Positions 59,452-64,000 of a stretch of 64,000 nucleotides of DNA are shown one piece after another. Positions within the stretch are counted from its first letter, which is position 1; each line of letters begins with the position of its first letter. The DNA comes from Acidobacteriota bacterium (GTDB taxonomy: Bacteria > Acidobacteriota > Polarisedimenticolia > J045). The translations under genes and the position numbers were made by a program. The DNA lies in contig JAUZRX010000010.1 in the NCBI GenBank assembly GCA_030949985.1, forward strand, positions 85,148 to 149,147. Reading direction: 5' to 3'. Under the pieces are notes generated by a model. It was not told where the DNA came from, searched no databases, and saw only the letters and a list, made by a program, of their open reading frames with translations.

Positions 59452-59921
59452 GACTCTCCGGCGTCGATCGCCCGGGCCTCACACAGGGCGCGCAAGGCCT
59501 CGCCCTCGGCTGCGTGCAGGGCCAGGCCGATGTTCTCGGTGCCGGCGGGCAACTCCACCCGGCGGGTCAGCTCCAGCGATCCGCCTGCATCGATCAAGCC
59601 TGCCAAGTCGAGTTCGACGGGGACCCGGCCGAGTTCGGCGCCGTCCTCTCCCGCGGCCTTGAAGATCACGTCCACCGTCAGGCAGTCGAGAGCCAGGGGC
59701 GAGCCCGTATCGGTCACCCGCAGGGAAACCACCCCGAAAACATGCTCGACGCCCTGGTCGTCGGTTTCGGGCGTACCCATGACCCACGACAGGGCCTCGA
59801 TCTCGTGGGCCGCCCGGGCCCGGGCCAGGGTCGCGAGAGGATCCTGAGGTCCACAGGCCACCCCAAGCACGGCCACGACGACCAGGGGCGGGAGGAGTCG
59901 GGGGAGATTCCATCTGAACAT
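59448..59921 (-). CDS. Small hypothetical lipoprotein (157 aa)
   Basis: MFRWNLPRLLPPLVVVAVLGVACGP signal/lipobox; GAGGAGG RBS; overlaps DUF374 start. Track ORF extends further upstream in junk sequence. Confidence 0.5.
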   Translation of the reverse strand: MFRWNLPRLLPPLVVVAVLGVACGPQDPLATLARARAAHEIEALSWVMGTPETDDQGVEHVFGVVSLRVTDTGSPLALDCLTVDVIFKAAGEDGAELGRVPVELDLAGLIDAGGSLELTRRVELPAGTENIGLALHAAEGEALRALCEARAIDAGES

Positions 59922-59968
59922 CGCTAGCCTCCTCGGGGCGGGTTCGAAAACGCGCCGCCGCCATTTTG

Positions 59969-61068
59969 TCACTTCTCGCGGGGACGGAACGCTTCCAGGC
60001 GCCGGTGCCCCTCCCGGTCGCCGAAGCGCAGTACCCGCCCGACCCATCCCGCCATGGCGCCCAGGCGCTGGGCCCGCCCATCGAGCATCAGAAAGCTCAA
60101 CACGAGTTGTCGGCGCCGGCGCTGCCAGCCATCGAGAAGGGCCACCGGATCGGCGCTGCGGAAGCGCCGCTCGATGCGTACGGCGGGCCGGTAGTCCGCG
60201 GCCCAACGACGATAGGCCTCGGTCAGACAGCCGGGATAGACCTTCTCCACCTGCAGACAGGACAGGGCCAGGGGACGCAGCATGCCCCACTGCCGGGCCC
60301 GCTCGAGCACCGGCTCGAGGGGGGGAGGATCCCGGTGCAGCAGGGCCAGGTCATGGACCCAGATCAGCTTGGGCTGGAAGAAGTGGTAGGAGTGATGCAG
60401 GGCCTGGTGCAGCAGCAGGTCCACCGGCGAGAGCACACGCCCCACCCCGGCAGGCAAGCTCACCGCCCGCCGGAGCAGCCCGGCCACCGCCACCGGATGG
60501 CGGTCGGGCTGCGAGATCGACCAGTGCATCTCGATCTGCACGCTGCCGCGACCGGTCCACTCCACCGGCAGGTTGTAGTAGGCCCGGCGCCAGAAATCGA
60601 CATCCTCCTCCGGCGGCACGCGCATTCCCGCGCGGGCCAGCGCCGCCAGCGCCCCGGCGAGCCGGCCGGCATCGATCAGCAGATCCACGTCGCTCATCGG
60701 CCTGAGGTGGGGCTCGGCGTAGACCGTTCGCCCGAGGGCGGCGCCTTTGAGCAGAACGGGGACGATCCCGGCCTCGGCCAGGGCCGCCACTGCCGCATCG
60801 GCCGCTTCATCGAGGGTGGCGCGCTGGCGCTGGACTTCCATCAGTCGCAGCCGCCACCGCTGGCGCCGGTCTTCGGGCAGCGAGGCCAGGGCCCCGGCTG
60901 CGCCGAGTTCACGGGCCACCAGGCCGACCACCAGGTGCTCGAGAGCCAGGTCGAGGCCCCGGGGTGAGGCGGCCACCGCCCCCAGCGCCTCGACATCCGG
61001 CCTGGCGGGGTGCAACCCCCGACACAGGGCCTCGACCAGGGCGGCATCGTCGGCCGGCCGCCCCCTCA
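59969..61068 (-). CDS. Uncharacterised nucleotidyltransferase-family protein (NTP_transf_5-like)
   Basis: GTG start overlapping the stop of the upstream glycosyltransferase (GTGA). Core VPVLLKGAALGRTVYAEPHLRPMSDVDLLI (hG[GS]...DhD nucleotidyltransferase motif). N-terminal 250 aa of the track ORF is a GC artefact overlapping the next gene. Confidence 0.5.
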
Positions 61069-62130
61069 CCGGTGGTCTCCGGCGGAAGTCGCCCGGACCT
61101 GTGAACGGAAATATCCCAGCCGCCGGGTCACCTCCAGGGCGAGCCCTCCGGCCGGCAGCAACGGTGCCAGGCGCCAGGGAGCCGGCAGCAGCTCGCTGGT
61201 CAGGCCCAGCACGGCGAAGGCCGACCCCAACGCGGCCAGCAGCAGCACCGCCCGGGTCTGCCCGTGGCCCCCATCGAGCAGCCGGTGGTGCAGGTGTCCG
61301 CGGTCCGCGGACAGCGGCGAGCGTCCCTGGCGCAGACGCCGGGCCACCGCCAGCACGATGTCCAGCAACGGCACGCCGACCGCCAGCACGGGCAACACGG
61401 GATTGAGCCCCGCACGACCTTGCACGGTGCCCACCGCCAGGGCGGCCAGGACCAGCCCCAGAGGGAGGGCGCCGCAGGAGCCGAGAAACTGCCGTGCGGG
61501 GTGAAAGTTGTGCACCAGAAAGCCCACGGTCGCTCCCGCCAGGGCCACCGACAGGGTGCCCGCCACCGCGCCCCGGTGCAGCAGGGAGTGGATCAGCAAC
61601 GCCCCCAGAGCGATCAGGGCCTGGGAGGCCGCCAGGCCGTCCAGCCCATCGATCAGGTTCAGGGCGTTCATCATCGTCACGAACCACAACAAACTCACCG
61701 GCAGGGCCAGCACGCCCAGGCCGAAGGAAGCGAAGCCCAGGTCGAGCACCTCGATCCGAAAGCCGGCCCAGAAGGCCAGGCCGCCGGCGATCCATTCGGC
61801 CGCCAGCTTGGGCCACGGACCCAGGTTGTGGATGTCGTCCACGATGCCCACCAGGGCCACCACCAGCCCGGCCAGGGCGAGTCGCAGCACGGGCTGGGGA
61901 AACTCCCGGATCAGATCACCGCCGGGGGTGCCGATCCAGGCCGCGAAGATCACCGCCACCCCCGCCGCCGCCGCCAGGGCCAGTCCGCCCAGGCGGGGCA
62001 TGGAACGGTCATGAATCTTGCGGGAGGGGCCGGGACGATCCTCCGCCCCCAGGCGCAGGGCCAGCGCGCGAGCCAGGGGCGCGAGCCCCGAGGCCGCCAG
62101 GGCGGCGATGAGGAAGACGAGGATCTTCAT
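61066..62130 (-). CDS. Glycosyltransferase family 4, polyprenyl-phosphate sugar-1-phosphate transferase (WecA/MraY-like)
   Basis: Start at MKILVFLIAALAAS. Multi-TM, conserved DD motif (IVDDIHNLG) and NALNLIDGLDGLA motif of the MraY/WecA superfamily. Confidence 0.8.
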   Translation of the reverse strand: MKILVFLIAALAASGLAPLARALALRLGAEDRPGPSRKIHDRSMPRLGGLALAAAAGVAVIFAAWIGTPGGDLIREFPQPVLRLALAGLVVALVGIVDDIHNLGPWPKLAAEWIAGGLAFWAGFRIEVLDLGFASFGLGVLALPVSLLWFVTMMNALNLIDGLDGLAASQALIALGALLIHSLLHRGAVAGTLSVALAGATVGFLVHNFHPARQFLGSCGALPLGLVLAALAVGTVQGRAGLNPVLPVLAVGVPLLDIVLAVARRLRQGRSPLSADRGHLHHRLLDGGHGQTRAVLLLAALGSAFAVLGLTSELLPAPWRLAPLLPAGGLALEVTRRLGYFRSQVRATSAGDHR

Positions 62131-62198
62131 CCGAACCCCTGAAGAACCCGGAGGGTGCCAAGCGGGAAGGGCCCATCCTACCGAGCCCCCACGACTCG

Positions 62199-63383
62199 TC
62201 AATCAGGAGCCGCGCGGCGGGTGGAGTCGGGAACCTCCCAGGTGGCCTGGGCCCGGCCACGCAGGCCACGCCACAGCCCGGCGGCCGCCGCCAGGTTGAC
62301 GGTGACCAGGTAGAGGGGGAGCTTGAACACCTTACCCGGCACACCGGGCCAGGGCAGCAACCCCAGAGGAGCAGTCAACAGGGGGGCGGCCAGCAGGGCC
62401 GCGGCCACCGCGCCGGCCACCGAGCCGAGGGCGGCCGCCGCCAGGCCCGCGATCAGGCCCAGCGCCCCGATCGGCGCCACGAGGTAACGCAGCAGCTTGT
62501 GGGAGAGATAGGCCCAGGCGATGCGGACAGGCAGTCCCGGCAAGCCGATCCATCGGGCACAGGCCACTTGCTGGGCGATGATCCGCGCCTTGCGCTGGAA
62601 CTCCTCCCGGTGGGAATCCGCCGCCCGCTCGTACGCCAGGGCGCCTTCGGCGACGACGGTCCGGTAGCCCGCGCGAGCCGCCAGCAGGGGCTCGGCGGCG
62701 TCCCCCGAGATGAAGGCCGGCAGGGGCTGCCAGAGATCCCGGCGCAGGGCGTAGATCCCCCCGTTGGCCACCGCCAGCAGACCGCGCTCGGCCTCCATGC
62801 GCTTGGTCCAGTTCTCAAAGCGCCAGTACAGGCCCTCGCCCGCAGCCACCAGGGGATCGTCCTCGTTGGTAAAGCGCACCCGGCCGATGGCCACCCCCAC
62901 CTCGGGCGGTGTCAACGCTTCCACCAGGGCCCGCACGGCACCGGGAGCGAAGATGACGTTGGCGTCGGTCTGGATGAAGATCTCCCCCCGGGCCTCCCGG
63001 GCCAGGCGGTTGATCCCCGCGGTCTTGCCCTCCCGCGGCTCCTGGCGCAACAGCCGCACGCGCGGATCGGCCACTTCTTCGACGAGACCATCGGTGCCAT
63101 CGTCGCTGGCGTCGGAGACCACCAGCACCTCGAGCGGTCCGGGATATTCCTGTTCGAGCAGGTTGTCGATGCGTCGGCGGATCACCCGCGCCTCGTTGCG
63201 GGCCGCGATGAAAACGCTCACCGCCGGCCAGGCGACGGGCGGCGCCGCCCGGGCCAGGGGTCTGCGCCGCACCAGCCACGCGGCCAGCAGCGGATAGCCC
63301 GCGTAGGCGTAGAGAGCCGCGGCGATGGCCAGCCAGGCGACACCCGCCAGCACCCCGGCTCCGATGGTCTCCGGCATCGGCAT
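62199..63383 (-). CDS. Glycosyltransferase family 2 (membrane-anchored)
   Basis: Start at MPMPETIGAG (TM helix). GT2 signatures VSVFIAARNEARVI, VLVVSDASDDGT, FIQTDANV. C-terminal TM helices. Confidence 0.75.
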   Translation of the reverse strand: MPMPETIGAGVLAGVAWLAIAAALYAYAGYPLLAAWLVRRRPLARAAPPVAWPAVSVFIAARNEARVIRRRIDNLLEQEYPGPLEVLVVSDASDDGTDGLVEEVADPRVRLLRQEPREGKTAGINRLAREARGEIFIQTDANVIFAPGAVRALVEALTPPEVGVAIGRVRFTNEDDPLVAAGEGLYWRFENWTKRMEAERGLLAVANGGIYALRRDLWQPLPAFISGDAAEPLLAARAGYRTVVAEGALAYERAADSHREEFQRKARIIAQQVACARWIGLPGLPVRIAWAYLSHKLLRYLVAPIGALGLIAGLAAAALGSVAGAVAAALLAAPLLTAPLGLLPWPGVPGKVFKLPLYLVTVNLAAAAGLWRGLRGRAQATWEVPDSTRRAAPD

Positions 63384-63640
63384 GGCGGTCAATCTACCTT
63401 CCCCCCGCCACACCCGCACCCACCCGGCGGTGCGAGCCGGAACAGCGGGAGGCCCACACCCGCCCCCCCACCGCCGGATCGCCCGATCCCGCCGGGGCGC
63501 GTCCTCCACACCCTCTCCCCACCTCCTCGCCGCGCCCCCGGCCAGGCCGCCAGGCGCCCACCCCGGGGAGGATGCCGGGCCACACGAACCGGGCCGGGTG
63601 AGCCGCGGCGGGGGCGGCGAGGGGGCCGCCGGTGATGCCC

Positions 63641-63669
63641 ATGGACCCGGGCGGGCGTCCACGATATAA
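63641..63669 (+). promoter_or_regulatory. Candidate sigma-70 promoter TGGACC-N17-TATAAA for the O-antigen-ligase-like gene
   Basis: Only AT-rich hexamer (TATAAA) in a very C-rich 330-bp divergent intergenic region; correct 17-nt spacing to a TTGACA-like element; 45 nt upstream of the start codon. Confidence 0.3.
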
Positions 63670-63714
63670 AACGGCTTTCTCGGGCCGGGGGATTCCGGCC
63701 GGGCGGGAGGAGTC

Positions 63715-64000
63715 ATGTCTTTCCATGGCCGCAGCGCGGCCCTGCTCCTGGCCGTCGCTCTCGCGCTCGTCGCCCCCCTGCCCTTCGGCGGCACGCCCCC
63801 GATGGCGGTCATCCTGCTGGCCCTGGCCACGGCCACCGGCCTGGCCCTGCTCTGGACCGACCGCAGCCGCCTGGCCCGCCCGCCCGCCGCCTTCGCCCTG
63901 CTGATCACCGTCACCGGGGCCTGGATCGGCTTCCAGTTCGTCCCCCTGCCCCCCACGGCGGTGGACTGGCTCTCACCACGGCTGGCCGCCGAGGCCCGGG
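63715..64000 (+). CDS. Polytopic membrane protein, O-antigen ligase (WaaL)-like N-terminus; 3' end beyond window
   Basis: AGGAG RBS, ATG 63715. MSFHGRSAALLLAVALALVAPLPFGGTPPMAVILLALATATGLALLW: the 'LP-FGG' N-terminal TM pattern typical of O-antigen ligase family proteins. Open to the window end, hence absent from the track. Confidence 0.4.
   Translation, partial: MSFHGRSAALLLAVALALVAPLPFGGTPPMAVILLALATATGLALLWTDRSRLARPPAAFALLITVTGAWIGFQFVPLPPTAVDWLSPRLAAEAR

Overview
High-GC (about 70%) bacterial chromosomal segment, gene-dense, with few long ORF-free stretches. Gene content (PilT, several Ser/Thr kinases, sigma-54 enhancer-binding protein, many histidine kinases) suggests a Myxococcota/delta-proteobacterium-like organism, but that is inference only. 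Many long 'ORFs' in the six-frame track are GC-driven antisense artefacts; coherent genes were picked by recognisable protein families, start-codon/RBS context and tight gene-to-gene coupling (ATGA/GTGA overlaps). Housekeeping genes: alaS (5' part, minus strand, not in the ORF track because it runs off the window edge), recX, pilT, purA, class II ribonucleotide reductase nrdJ with tandem NrdR boxes, priA, hutU, sfsA, udg, coaBC, gmk, yicC, lpxB and an LPS/envelope glycosyltransferase cluster. Three tRNAs: Lys-UUU, Val-CAC, and Ala-CGC with the G3:U70 identity pair. The accessory content is dominated by signal transduction. There is a 1,932-aa secreted subtilase, three large (hybrid) histidine kinases and two Ser/Thr kinases. 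The outstanding locus is 20.3-35.6 kb: a 1,750-aa single-polypeptide fusion of a Ser/Thr protein kinase, NTPase/TPR scaffold, GAF domain, sigma-54 AAA+ activator (GSFTGA motif) and Fis-type HTH. It is flanked on both sides by near-consensus sigma-54 (-24/-12) promoters and two copies of a 17-19 bp palindrome CTGTTGCA-N3-TGCAACAG. The downstream promoter drives an approximately 230-nt highly structured, intrinsic-terminator-ended RNA (candidate sRNA or attenuating leader). Immediately behind it lies an operon of a giant membrane histidine kinase, an ATPase-less DppABC-like peptide ABC module and a second Ser/Thr kinase with a C-terminal multi-zinc-ribbon array. Together this looks like a previously undescribed LuxO/Qrr-like sigma-54 regulatory circuit wired to eukaryotic-like kinases. 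Other notable items: an SPFH/band-7 plus Arc-type RHH pair behind a textbook sigma-70 promoter with an embedded GTGATATCAC palindrome; lower-GC islands (XRE-cupin regulator; porin-PstS-like-hybrid HK module); a TrpF-like protein lacking the catalytic Cys; and a radical-SAM gene with a non-canonical Cx4Cx2C motif 12 nt behind tRNA-Lys. No CRISPR arrays, transposases or integrases were seen.
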